Below are positions 1-12,616 of a DNA stretch of 64,000 bases, one piece after another (positions within the stretch are counted from its first letter, which is position 1; the number at the start of each line of letters is the position of its first letter). The translations under genes and the position numbers were made by a program. The stretch spans positions 33,480,001-33,544,000 of the forward strand of contig NC_043009.1 in NCBI RefSeq assembly GCF_006345805.1, read 5' to 3'. The DNA comes from Octopus sinensis (taxonomy: Eukaryota). Under the pieces are notes generated by a model. That model worked only from the letters and a program-made list of their open reading frames with translations, was not told the origin of the DNA and searched no databases.

Positions 1-326
1 CAAGCCAACAACTGTTTGAAGCTGGATAAGGTAACTATAAATATAAAAATATGGAAGGACCCCTTTGCAACAACAAAAAAATGTTCCCTTTCCAGAGTTT
101 TAGAAGAGTTGAAATTTTATTACATTTTAAATATATGGATGCGTTTATGTATAAGTATGTATGATTTGTATATAAAACTTGTGTATTGAAGGCATATAGA
201 TGCATGTATGTATGTATGTATGTATGTGTTTCATTGTTCATTTCGACAAGATTATGCTTGCAGCACCGTTTGTTAACATTTATGTTTCAGTTGGTTGAAT
301 AGAGAATCGAACGTTGGCTGGCTGGG

Positions 327-373
<47 letters not shown>

Positions 374-475
374 TTGGGTTGATGGTTTTGTGGGTATAAG
401 TGTACGTTTCAATACACACACACACACATCTACGAACAAGCACAAACACACACATGCGTGTTCATGTATGCACTA

Positions 476-554
<79 letters not shown>

Positions 555-717
555 GTGTGTACATAGATAAAATTGAGAAGTGAGAAAATCTATGTTACGC
601 CATCAAGTAGAGAGAATAATTGTATTATGTTACTGTAATATAAATATATATATGTATGTGTGTGTGTGTCTGTGTGCGTGTAAGTGTGTGTGTGCGTGTG
701 GTGTGTGTGTGTGTGCG

Positions 718-971
718 TGTGTGTGTGCGTGTGTGTGTGTTGTGTGTGTGTGTGTTTGTATGTGTGTGTGTGTATGTGTGTGTGTGTGTGTGTGAGTGTG
801 TGTCTGTCTGTGTGTGTGTGTGTGGTGTGTGTGTGTGTATGTGTGTACATCCCCTTACTGAGAAGTAATTTGGATTTTATAACCACCCTAAAGAGGTCAT
901 AATTTTCTGAAGGAAACTTAGGATCACAACTTTAACGTAGCAAGTTAAATATCAATTTAATTTTGTGTGTG

Positions 972-1002
<31 letters not shown>

Positions 1003-1214
1003 TTGTATGTGTGTGTGTGTATGTGTGTGTGTGTGTGAGTGTGTGTCTGTCTGTGTTTGTGTGTGTGTGGTGTGTGTGTGTATGTGTGTACATCCCCTTA
1101 CTGAGAAGTAATTTGGATTTTATAACCACCCTAAAGAGGTCATAATTTTCTGAAGGAAATTTAGGATCACAACTTTAACGTAGCAAGTTAAATATCAATT
1201 TAATTTTGTGTGTG

Positions 1215-1245
<31 letters not shown>

Positions 1246-1340
1246 TTGTGTGTATGTGTGTGCGTGTGCATGCGTGTGTGTGTGTATGTGTGTGTGTGTG
1301 TGTGTATGTGTGTGCGTGTGCGTGCGTGTGTGTGTGTGTG
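718..1340. repeat. 243-bp tandem duplication (2 copies + partial third)
   Basis: acatccccttactgagaag...caagttaaatatcaatttaa at 847-960 and 1090-1203, one C/T difference. Confidence 0.9.
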
Positions 1341-1704
1341 ACCTTTGAAGTGTGCTGTCTCCTTGGTCACAAAATTGCAAATAAGGAATTGAGTAGATGA
1401 AACGCCTGATATAGGGAAGTAGAAATTTGGAGAGGAGGAAGAAACCAATGAGATGTAGGATGAGGGAAGAAGTAAAGCGTTAGGAGTGATGATGGCGGGA
1501 GGGGGGATCAGTTTTTAAAGAATGGGATTAAGGTGTTGGGCGTCAGGTCAGGTGGCGTACGAAATAAATGAGAGTGCGCAGATGAGACACACGCACAAGG
1601 AAGGGTGGCAGCTGGAGGGAAGAGCGAACAGTGTTGAGGCCGATCCAGGGTTCTGAGAGTAATCAGGATTTAAAGAATATAGAGCTTTTAAAAAACAATC
1701 AAGG

Positions 1705-1893
1705 GGCGCAGGAGTGGCTGTGTGGTAAGTAGCTTACTTACCAACCACATGGTTCCCAGTTCAGTCCCACTGCGTGGCACCTTGGGTACGTGTCTTCTAC
1801 TTTAGCCTCAGGCCGACCGAAGCCTTGTGATTGGATTTGGTAGACGGAAATTGAAAGAAGCCCGTCGTATATATGTATATGTGTGTGTGTGTG

Positions 1894-1932
<39 letters not shown>

Positions 1933-2138
1933 TGTGTCTGTGTTTGTCTCTCAACACCACTTGACAACCGATGCTAGTGTGTTTACGTCCCCGTAACTTA
2001 GCAGTTCGGCAAAAGAAACCGATAGAATAAGTACTAGGCTTACAAAGAATGAGTCCAGGGGTCGATTTGCTCGACTAAAGGCGGTGCTCCAGCATGGCCA
2101 CAGTCAAATGACTGAAACAAGTAAAAGAGTAAAAGAGT
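1705..2138 (+). mobile_element. tRNA-headed SINE family A, full length
   Basis: Head ggcgcaggagtggctgtgtggtaag (A-box-like), B-box-like gttcagtccc, internal (TA)/(GT) tract, tail (gtaaaaga)n. At least 6 related copies in the window. Confidence 0.85.
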
Positions 2139-2329
2139 CTGTAGGGAACGGTAAAGACTAAAACATTGTTCAGAATAGGTCTTGGGCAGAAATATTTAGG
2201 TATGGAGGGTAGTGGAGGATGGTGATAATACATTGAACTGCAACCAACTTCTGTGACTATAATCGATGCACATAAGCAACAGATAATTATTTCTAATTTT
2301 AACACAAAATCAGCAATTTTGAGGGTAGC

Positions 2330-2905
2330 TGGGAGTCGATTGTGTTGAGCCTAGTGCTCAGTTACTATTTATGTTATTAACCCCGATAGGATGAAAGGCA
2401 AAGTCATCGTCGCTGGCATTTGAATTCAGAACGTAAAGAACCGGGGGAAATGTCTATCAAGGCATTTTGTCCGGCACGCGAACAAGTCTGCCAGCTCGAC
2501 ACCTTACATGTGACACAAATAATCCTTTCTACTAAAGGCACAAGGTCTGAAATTTGGGGGAGGAGGCAAGTCGATTACATCGACCCCAGTACGCAACTGG
2601 TACTTAATTTATCGATCCCGAAGGGATGAAAGGCAAAGTCGACCTCGGCGGAATTTCAACTCAGAACGTAGCGACGGGCGAAATACCTATTTCTTTACTA
2701 CCTACAAGGGGCTAAACACAGAGAGGACAAACAAGGACAGACAAGGATTAAGTCGATTATATCGACACCAGTGCGTAACTGGTACTTAATTTGATGAAAG
2801 GCAAAGTCGACCTCAGCGGAATTTGAACTCAGAACATAGCGGCAGACGAAATACCGCTAAGCATTTCGCCCGGCGTGCTAACGTTTCTGCCAGCACGCTG
2901 CCTTC
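2330..2905 (-). mobile_element. Stack of three SINE family B copies (approx. 2330-2500, 2510-2690, 2680-2905)
   Basis: Repeated core gatgaaaggcaaagtcgacctcggcggaatttgaactcagaac, the reverse complement of the 39704 copy. Confidence 0.8.
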
Positions 2906-3508
2906 ATGTACCACAAATAATGTACGCACAAGATATGCAAGGTACTTCAAGCAGTGTGTATGTATGTTCAGTTTTATTTCAAGATTTCTTGTCAATAGAG
3001 AAAGAACCGGTTTCAAACCTAGATCCAAGGCTCCTTCGTTGGAATTTCAAAATCAACAACAAAGTATTTTTGTTTGTATGTATGTATGCATGTATGTATG
3101 TATGTATGTGCAGACACAAGTATATACGCCGCAACTCAAAATAAAAATACAGATCATGCAACAACAACAACAACAAAAATAACAACAGAATCTATAAAAC
3201 TGTCTTGAAATGTTAGTTCCATAAACACTGTCCAAATGGTAAATACTTTGACACTAACATGATTATTCTTGTAATGGAATCTCAGATATTGAAGTAAAGT
3301 TCATGTTCTTATTAATCCATTTATTCCGGTTCCACAGCTGTAGAATTCTTCGTAGTGAAGAATTTTACCATTAAAAAAAAAAGAAATATAATAAATATAA
3401 TAAATCTAGATCCGTGAGTTTCTTCTTGCTGGACACCGGAGACTTTTGAAATTGTCAGCCCAACTGACATATTCTTGGCTGCTCATGGCAAGAACGACCA
3501 CAACAACA

Positions 3509-3741
3509 ATACCTATTTCTTTATTACCCACAAGGGGCTAAACACAAAGGGGACAAACAAGGACAGACATAGGTATTAAGTCGATTACATCGACCCCAGT
3601 GCGTAACTGGTACTTAATTTATCGACCCCGAAAGGATGAAAGGCAAAGTCGACCTCGGCGGAATTTGAACCCACAACGTAACGACAGACGAAATACGGCT
3701 ACGCATTTCGCCCGACGTGCTAACGTTTCTGCCAGCTCGCA
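3509..3741 (-). mobile_element. SINE B (B1 tail variant), full length
   Basis: Reverse complement aligns with 39704-39940 and ends ...aataaagaaataggtatt. Confidence 0.87.
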
Positions 3742-4532
3742 ACGACATGCCGTTGTCGTCGTCATCATCATCATCATCATCATCAAAAATCAACAGCAAA
3801 TCTGCTTATGACGACAATCTCAATAGCAACAACCGCAGCAACACTAAGAACGACATCAATAACATCGACAGCGAAATCAACAACAGCAACAGCAACACTA
3901 ACTGCTGCTGCTGCTACTACTACTACTACCACTACTACTACTGCTGCTGCTGTTGCTGCTGCTGCGGTTGCTGCTGCTACTACTACTACTACTACTACTA
4001 CTAAAAGTAATCTAAACGTCAAAAGCTCAATGTTTGTTGTTTGAATGCGAAGCAGCGTGTGGTGGGTAGGTGGGAGTTGGACATAAGGGGTCGGGATAGA
4101 GAAGAATTTATGTAAAATGCCATACAAAATGGTAAACAAATGGAATTTGGTCATTTTTTGGTTCTGCTAATAGTTGAATAATAGAGATAAAATGGTGGAA
4201 TGTTTCTTTTTCCTTCTGTCTCGGATTGTAATTATGGCTTTTTATTAGATCCTTTTAAAACGCCCATTACAGGGGGCAGGTCACTTGGTCTCAAACCTTG
4301 ACCCTTTTGCAGGATTTCATTGTTTTACATTTTTATGCTAATTATTGTTTTATTGTTTACACGTGCTTTATATAAATCCCCACTGTCCCTTATTTTTATA
4401 TAATCCTTTCTGTTTTATTGTGCGGCCCTTGTGGCCAATAAAGAAAGGATTGTTATGATTACTCTTCCGTAACACAGTGTAGGTAAAAATGCACCGGAGT
4501 CTTTAGGCATCTGTCAAGTCACAAAAAGGACC

Positions 4533-5125
4533 TCAGACAGATAATACTTTCCTTAAGATATGCGCTGTGCCCAGTAAGGCTGCTTTTTGCAAGACATCAA
4601 TCTTGCATGGGATTTCCAGTTGCCTTAAGAAGTCTTGAAGTTTCAGTGGGATTGAGTGCAACGCTCCGATCACTTTTACATTATCTTCTCGCATTCCATA
4701 CAGTATTGCCACTTCCACTTTCAATTCGGGGTAATTGGTGATATTTTCAACCCCTATACTCACAACATTCATGTCATTTGGTATGGCTACATTAATGATC
4801 TGACAGTATTTGTCTCTCCTGTTCAATATGACAATATCCGGCCGACGGTGTTCGATAACACAATCCGTCTGAAAATCATAGTCCCAGAGAATCGTTACTT
4901 TTTCACCCTCCTGCATAACTTTACTTGGTATATGCTCATACCAGTTCTCTATTATTTCATATTGATATTTACAGCATAAGAGCCAATGAAAATACACACT
5001 TTATCGTGGCGGCGCTTGTATTCTTTTTGTGCAAGGCTTTCACATCGACTTACCAAGTGGGTCGCATTTTCCACACTCTTTCCACAGAGTCTGAATTTCT
5101 GGGTGTCAGAAGTTTGATTTCTGGA
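4533..5125 (-). mobile_element. R4/Dong-type non-LTR retrotransposon, 5'-truncated (zinc knuckle + restriction-like endonuclease)
   Basis: HLVSRCESLAQKEYKRRHDKV then WYEHIP...ILWD...HRRPDIVIL...IINVAIP...VIGAL...LQKAALLGTAHILRKVLSV*. Abuts (TTA)n at 5133-5190. Confidence 0.88.
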
Positions 5126-5133
5126 TGTCAGAA

Positions 5134-5196
<63 letters not shown>

Positions 5197-5399
5197 TCTG
5201 TGTCATGATTAGACTCCAGATAAATGAGGAGATGGCTTACAACAACATTAACACAAATTACATTTAGTAAAGACGGCTCCATAGATGAACAACTCTTCAA
5301 TGCTCTCTGCTATAAACCGTTGTTTTACATTATAAAGAGCAGCAGTTCTATATACTATAGTACAAACAAACGGTTTTATTATCAATGGTATTATTATTA

Positions 5400-6008
5400 T
5401 TACCTCCGCCTTAGCGAAGGCGGAGATACTGTTTTCAGTCGTATTTGTTTGTTTGTTTGTCCGTGGACAAGATATCTCAAGAACCGCTGGATGGATTGAG
5501 ATGAAACTTTCAGAGATGTTTGGCCTCGTTATTGGCACAAACTGATTAGATTTTGGGATCGATCCGGTACCGGACAAGGATTCTGGATTATTTGTTATAT
5601 TTACTTTACTTTACATGATTATGATCTTACGTTGACTTTCAAGTCTTTCTCAATTATCTCCTTTTAGGCTGTAACTATTTTGAATGGTGAATTTGTTAAC
5701 TTTGCCTTGTATTAGATAAGGATAAACTATTTATTACCGTTACTAAATTCTCAAATTCTCTACAGCCACCTTCACAATCCATGACTACCATTGGGATCGA
5801 TCAGGTACCAGACAATGATTCTGGATTATTTTTCCGGTTTTTTTTTTTTTTTTACTTAATTTTTGAGAGCGGTCGGGTTCATTTTTAATATTCTCGTTTG
5901 TGAGAGCAGTTGAGTTTATTTCAGATATTCTCATTCTAAAAGTCATCTCTGGCTAATTGTTGAGAAGACGTTGGTTTGCTTTGGCGTGGGTTTGCGCTCT
6001 CTGAGTGC

Positions 6009-6010
<2 letters not shown>
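5400..6010 (+). mobile_element. Helentron-type non-autonomous element (HINE/DINE-1-like)
   Basis: 5' ttacctccgcc with perfect 9-bp hairpin ctccgcctt-agcg-aaggcggag (5404-5425), (tttg)n tract, internal repeat (5556-5590 and 5792-5830), 3' ggcgtgggt subTIR plus gcgctc-tct-gagtgc hairpin; inserted in T-rich (ATT)n. Confidence 0.7.
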
Positions 6011-6077
<67 letters not shown>

Positions 6078-6081
6078 CATC

Positions 6082-6124
<43 letters not shown>

Positions 6125-6125
<1 letters not shown>

Positions 6126-6650
6126 GGGAATGATGGAAAAAATCAGCTATCCGCAGTCAGCAGAATAAGGTGGCATTTGTTTACTGCTCATGCTTCAAGA
6201 CCCCTGCGAAGAATTCTTTCAGTTCCAAGCAATACTGACTTTTGTAGGTGTTCTACCTTTACATTTGTACTAATCATTTTGAGCCATGTTGGTAGTGTAG
6301 TTGAGTGCTGATACTTCCAAGTGCACCAATTACTCGGTGCACCAATTAGTCGTCATTCTCGGTAACTCCTTCTGGGATTTGTTCATGCCACTTCTTTGCT
6401 CTTTGTAAGTCGTGATTTCCACAGAACTCCTAATGGCTCCTCCTTGTCACATTCCCATGTCTTTTGTAATCGCGTTGTACCAATTTCGGGCATTCGCTTT
6501 CAATGTGCCATACCATTTCAACCCATATCACCACACATTCTGCATTTGTCGCTCTCAGTTGTCAATTCTGAACTCCACATAGCTCGTCCTTAACGCTTGT
6601 TCCTGTGCCGCGCATATAACATGCTTCTGTCTCTATCTTCAGCTCACTCC
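6125..6650 (-). mobile_element. R4/Dong-type fragment, frameshifted, RLE core deleted
   Basis: CAAQEQALRTSYV, KCRMCG...HIESECPKLVQRDYKRH, KKWHEQIPEGVTEND, then a jump to VIGALGSI and VEHLQKSVLLGTERILRR. 3' end abuts (ATT)n at 6010-6125. Confidence 0.82.
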
Positions 6651-6702
6651 TCCGCCCCCATAACCACCGTCTTCTATAATTATTATATTTCTATATCATT
6701 AA

Positions 6703-6926
6703 GGTGGTGAGCGGGCAGAATCGTTATCATGCCGAGCAAAATGATTCGCAGCATTTCGTCAGTCTTCAAGCTCTGAGCTCAAATTCTGCCGAGGTCGACT
6801 TTGCCTTTCATCTTTTCGGAGTCGATGAAATAAGTAGCAGTCATGTAAAAGGGTCGATGTAATCAACTAGCCCCAACCAACCCTCAAATTTCACACCTTG
6901 TGGCTATAGTAGAAAAGATTATTATT
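6703..6926 (+). mobile_element. SINE B, degenerate, (ATT)n-tail variant
   Basis: ggtggtgagcgggcagaatcg...gaggtcgactttgcctttcatc...tagtagaaaagattattattt. Confidence 0.75.
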
Positions 6927-7083
6927 TGGGTGAATTAAAAGAGCTGCACCCAGTGTCCCACATACTGGACTCGAACACGGAATGCCGTGACTATGAAGCG
7001 AACTCGTAAATCACCCAACTCTCTTCTCCCATCTCTTCTTGCCTTTTCTTTCATCTTTGATTTATAATTCCCAGATTCTTATT

Positions 7084-7128
<45 letters not shown>

Positions 7129-8117
7129 TTCTCTCTCTCTCTCTCCCTTTATCTCATACTGACACATATACACATACATACACACATATGCGCATACCCA
7201 CACACACACATACAATCAAGCACACTCACACATCCTTGTTTCTGGATCTTTCTACAATTTTCACTGCTAACTCAGTTTCTGAACGTTGGCAGTTTGAACA
7301 GAAATAATTTAACAAGTAACATGGCGCTACCTGTCTCGCCTTGTCTCTCTATCTCTCTGCCCCTCTCTGTCAATCTCTCTCTCTCTCTCTCTCTCTCTCG
7401 CTTTCTCTCTCTCGCTTTCTCCATCTCGCTCTCTTTTTCTCCCTCTTCCTCCCTCTCTTCCTACACACCCATATATTATATATATATATATATACAGACA
7501 CACACAGATATATATAAACACTTATATATATATACGCACATATATATATACATACATATATATATATTGTATATACATGTGTACATACATACATACATAT
7601 ATATATATATACATACATACACACACACACACATATATATATATATAAGTTTCCCTTGTTTTAGCCTTTTTCTTCTTCCACTTTCTTCTGCCTTATTCAT
7701 AAATGTCCACTTCTGTTTTCTTCTTCTTCTTCTTCTTCTTCTTCTTCTTCTTCTTCTTCTTCTTCTTCTTCTTCTTCTTCTTCTTCTTTTTCTTCTTCTT
7801 CTTCTTCTTCCTCCTCCTCCTCCTCCTCCTCTTCTTCTTCCTCCTACACCTACTCCTCTTTCTCTTCTGCAGTTCCTTCGTTTCTCCTTTTCTATCTTCT
7901 CCCTTATATTTTGCTCTTTACACTCTCTTTCTCCTCACCCTCCTCTCTTTCTCTCAATCTCTCTATCTCTCCATCTCTCTTTTTCTCTCTTATTTCCTTC
8001 ATCATCTTCTTCAGCTTGTATCTTCCTCTTCTGTTATAGTCATCATCATCATCGTCGTCGCCGTCGTCATCATTATCATCTATCTTTATCGTTTCTTCTT
8101 CTTACCATTGTTGTTGC

Positions 8118-8176
<59 letters not shown>

Positions 8177-8393
8177 GACTCCTCCTTCCCACATCTTTAT
8201 CATCAGCAACAGAATCTGATAAATGGAGATAAGTTGAAAAGAAATAAAAGAAAAAAACGAAAAGTCTAAAACATTTTGACTTTTAGCCAAAACCGATAAA
8301 TAGAAATCTAAGACAGATAACGCTGTAAGAAACCTGTTGAATTCCGGAAGATTTTTATATCCATCCTGAAAAGCTCTGGGAGACCAAGAAATT

Positions 8394-8431
<38 letters not shown>

Positions 8432-8460
8432 TAATAAGAATAATAATAATAATAATAATA

Positions 8461-8495
<35 letters not shown>

Positions 8496-8857
8496 TAATA
8501 ATAACAACAACAACAATAACAACAACAACAACACCAACAACAAAATCAAGAAAACAGAATTCTTTTTCTCTTCTTCCTGCCGAAGAAAATATTGTTGCCA
8601 AAAAGGAAAAAAGTGAAGAAGAGTTTTTAAAAATAAGGCAAATGAAAACAATTCACCCTAAAATATTAAGAGGGGGAAAAGATGCGGTTTTGAATGGGGG
8701 GGAGGGGAGGTCAGCAAGTATTTCATAAATGGGAAACTCAAGATCAGAAATTAACATGGTGACCCGAGGTCAAACTTTATGACCTGAGGTCAAACACTAA
8801 ATACCAGTTCCGAAACCGAAAATATTTTCTCATGCAGTCAAACTGCTGAAGCAGAAA

Positions 8858-8907
<50 letters not shown>

Positions 8908-10770
8908 AACGCCCTAATATGCCGTAGAATTAAGTTGGTTTGTTGCCAAACTTAATAGACAGTGAAGAACATCACATCGAAATCTACAAAAAAAACTCAC
9001 AGCTTTTACATGGAACACTTTATAAATAGTTTGGTATATTTTATATTGCGGTTGTCGTATAAAACACAACCTGATCGCCCTCGAGTACCTTTAGCAAAGT
9101 TTGCTATGGTTGTGCCCTTGATCTCTTAACCTTAATAACGACACCACTTGACCCTTGGGTACCTTTAGCAGCCTCCGCTAGGATTGTACACTTTATCTAT
9201 TTCGAGATTTAACACATGCCTTGGACCTCGGGTTCTTTTAAAAAACTCCGCTCGAGCGACGCCCTTGAGTTATGCTCAGATTTAACACCTTTTCAGCCTT
9301 GGTTTCCCATGATAGATACAAGAATTTTAGTCAGGTCTCTGATCTAAAAATAACTTCCTTTCGTCCCCCTTGAAAAAGGCTCCGGGTGCCGCCCTTCTTC
9401 CTAGTACTTACAGACATCCTGATATGTTCCATAAGTACAGTTCTTTCATATATTATTATCAGAGGCGCTGGAGACAGTCCAGAGACGCCGCTCTGCCTCC
9501 CAACAGTCACAGACGTTCTGTAAAGTACCATAGATGCTGCCCTTCATATAACAAGAGCGGGAATCCCCTGAAAAGGGCCCATATGCTCTGCCTATCTTTC
9601 TCTCACTGAAGAATTAAAAACATAGATTATTCAAATTGACTGAAAACATTCTTAATTAATTCATGATATAGAACAATTACCTATTTAGATAATTCTGGTG
9701 GTGGTGGTGGTGGTGGTGGTGGCGGTGGTGGTGGTGGTGGTGATAGTGGGTTGGTGGTGGTGGTGGTGGTGGTATTGGTGGTGGTGATGGTGGTCGTCGT
9801 CGTCGTCGTGATCGTCCTCGTTGTCATCATAGCTGTTGTTGTGGTGATGGTACCAGTGGGATTAATTTTAGGGATTTTTGCTGTTGTTTCTAGATTTCTA
9901 GCATGGTGAAAAACCATATGAAGTCTTTCTTTGCTGGCTCAAAGTAAATTTGTTCTTGAGGTTGTTAATTAGCCCTATATTAACCCTGATCGGGCAGATT
10001 TGTGATGAAGGCGTTCGGTTGAGACCATCCGTCTTTCTTGTGTATCAGAAACTACATTGTCGAAAAATTATTATTTTAGATGGTAGGGTCAGACTGGAGA
10101 TTTGGCTTCTATTTCTGGAGGATCGAATAGCTACATAGAAACTTCCTCGTTAAATACTGAAAACAGCTGATATACATTGACGACACCTTATGTGCCAGGC
10201 AACGGTAGAGCGAGAAAACTAAGGAAGGTTTTTGCTTGAAAGGTAAATATTTCGAAAGAGTCATAGTATACCACGCCTGCTGTAAAGGTCTGACAGAAAA
10301 CACATTCAAAATCTGTCTTCCTGCACCAACACAGTAACTCTTTGCACCGTCAGCTGGAAAAAGCTGCAGCACCATCTAAATCAAAGGATGCAGCAATGAG
10401 CTCAGACATCACATGACCAATCATATCCAGTACATCACTATACAGATACAGGTACACGGTCCATGACCACTAGCTCACATAAAAACTTTTACGTATCGTA
10501 TGTGTGTGGTGTATGCGTGATATTTCAGATCAAATAAACCAGGAGACTAGTCTATAAAACAGAATTTTAACACTTTTTAAAATGTAAAATGTATATTTTA
10601 TTCAAATGACACTCCGACTTGAAAGCTGATTGATTGCTTCACTGTGTTACCTCAGTATTAAGAGAGGTCTAATTCATTTTGACCTCTGATGATACTGTAA
10701 TAACACTTGGAGAACAGCCGACGACCTACAAGATCGGAATTTAAATTAATGCATACATATGTGTGCACGT

Positions 10771-10872
<102 letters not shown>

Positions 10873-10886
10873 ATATATATATACAC

Positions 10887-10943
<57 letters not shown>

Positions 10944-11889
10944 TCGGAAAGCCTGCCATGTGCTTAGATCGATGACAAGAAAGCCTTTTTATTTGGTCCC
11001 GCATGACTGGATTATCAAATTACTGGTATTACATCAAGTTGATGGTACCTAAGGGAAACTCTTTAAATTCAACAGTGAAGAAGATGCCTACAGTTGTAAC
11101 AGTCATCATCAACAACAACAGCAGCAACAACCTGACTGTAAACTCCTTCCTCCTGAGATTTGCGTTTCTAAGTGGTACAGGCTCATTGGAAATAATGGAT
11201 TTTCGCACATTAAATATGACGACATTTTTTATTCAACTGATGTAAAATCCCTTAAGTGAACTTTTTCTGCATGTTTTGATGCAACCAAATGAATAATTCT
11301 GAATAAATTTGACATTAAACTGGATGGAATGGGACAAAATTTCAAATTTATAGCAGGTATGGGATCAGTGAAAATGTATTTTTGCATTTTAAAAATTTGG
11401 GGATTGTTTTTGTTTTTTGTTGTTGTTTTTTTATTCTGGCAAGCGCAGAATCTCGTTAGTGAAATATTTCGCCATGTTTGGGTGCAACAAAGTGAATAAA
11501 TTTTAAATAAATTCGCCACCTTCTAGGTTGGACGAAAACACCATATTTTAAATTTCTTACACGTTCGATGGTGGAAGGAGTGAATTTTCACAGAAGTTTA
11601 AAGCATTTTATTCTGAAAGCATTTTTAAAGTGGATGATTTCTGCATGCTTTGATGCAACCAATTAAAAATAATTCCGATATTTAAATGGGTCTGAATGGG
11701 GCAACAACAGCGACACAAAGGCAAGCGATCAGCACGAGATATATGAAAAGGAACATGCACAGCTTCTGCGTATCTTCGTGTTTAAACTGTGTCGTACATT
11801 TTCTGAAATGATACACCACATCAAGATACTCTACACCAACTCCAATAAAATAGTTTGTAGGAAGTCAATAACTTAACGAATTTATATTA

Positions 11890-12035
11890 TATATGCCAAG
11901 CCTCTTGGTATCAACTGCTTCCAAAAAATGTTCAGTGGTACTCATATGCACCTTCAACTCTCTTAGAAAATGATAATGTGATAATTATGTGGAAGCAGAC
12001 ATGAAAATCCACACAAGGCTGACATGATTTTTCAC
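11890..12035 (+). mobile_element. Degenerate R4/Dong-type fragment
   Basis: WYSYAPSTLLENDNVIIMW and HKADMIF resemble WYxHxP..VLEN..ILW and HxRPDIV. Confidence 0.45.
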
Positions 12036-12504
12036 CTTCAAAAACGAAAATAACTTATCAATACGCCATGACCACGGTTTTGAACAGTGACAAGAAATTT
12101 CACCAACTCTAGATTCGTGGTGAAAGAACATGTCTGTAAATCTATTTTGGAATTACTAAACCTGGACTGATTCAAAACCAATTCTATAAGATGCTTAACC
12201 AGACGCAGGCGTTCACAACCACATGGTTCCGGGTTCAGTTCGAAATTAAAGATCATGTTGAAAATAAACTATGCCAGAATGTCTATGCTTACAGAACCTA
12301 TTATTACGATTTTGTGGAACATTTCTACATCTCTTCTTAAAGGTAACTTGTTAATGTCTCTACAGCAATGGCTAAGCACCATTCCAGCTGTTTTTCATTA
12401 CAAATCAAATGGTTGACACATTCCTTAACTCTTAGAATAGTTTTAGTTTCACAAGTACATTAGTGTAGTTTCTTGTATGTATATGTATGTGTTTATGTAT
12501 GTAA

Positions 12505-12616
12505 GCGTACACGTGTCTGTGGAGTGTTCAGCCACTTGCACATTAATTTCACGAGCAACCTGTTCCGATGATCGTAACAGCTGGGACCCTCGTCGTCGTA
12601 ACAGACGGAGTGCTCC
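12505..12616 (+). mobile_element. SINE C 3' fragment
   Basis: acgtgtctgtggag...ttaatttcacgagca...gggaccctcgtcgtcgtaac matches the 3' end of the 56679 element. Confidence 0.75.

Noticed and set aside
7039-8269. 397-aa and 188-aa ORFs
   Set aside because: Translations of (CT)n, (AT)n, (CTT)n and (ATT)n microsatellites; no domain or splice support.
9331-9609. Non-repetitive, GC-richer segment with ORFs on both strands and a minus-strand GTAAGT at ~9410
   Set aside because: No recognisable motif, stops in candidate exon frames, no convincing acceptor.
10109-10375. 88-aa minus-strand ORF after a tttag acceptor-like site
   Set aside because: No homology signal or matching donor that I can support.
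11265-11662. 24-bp direct repeat ttctgcatg(t/c)tttgatgcaaccaa, 374 bp apart
   Set aside because: Probably an internal repeat of an old DNA element; ends not definable.
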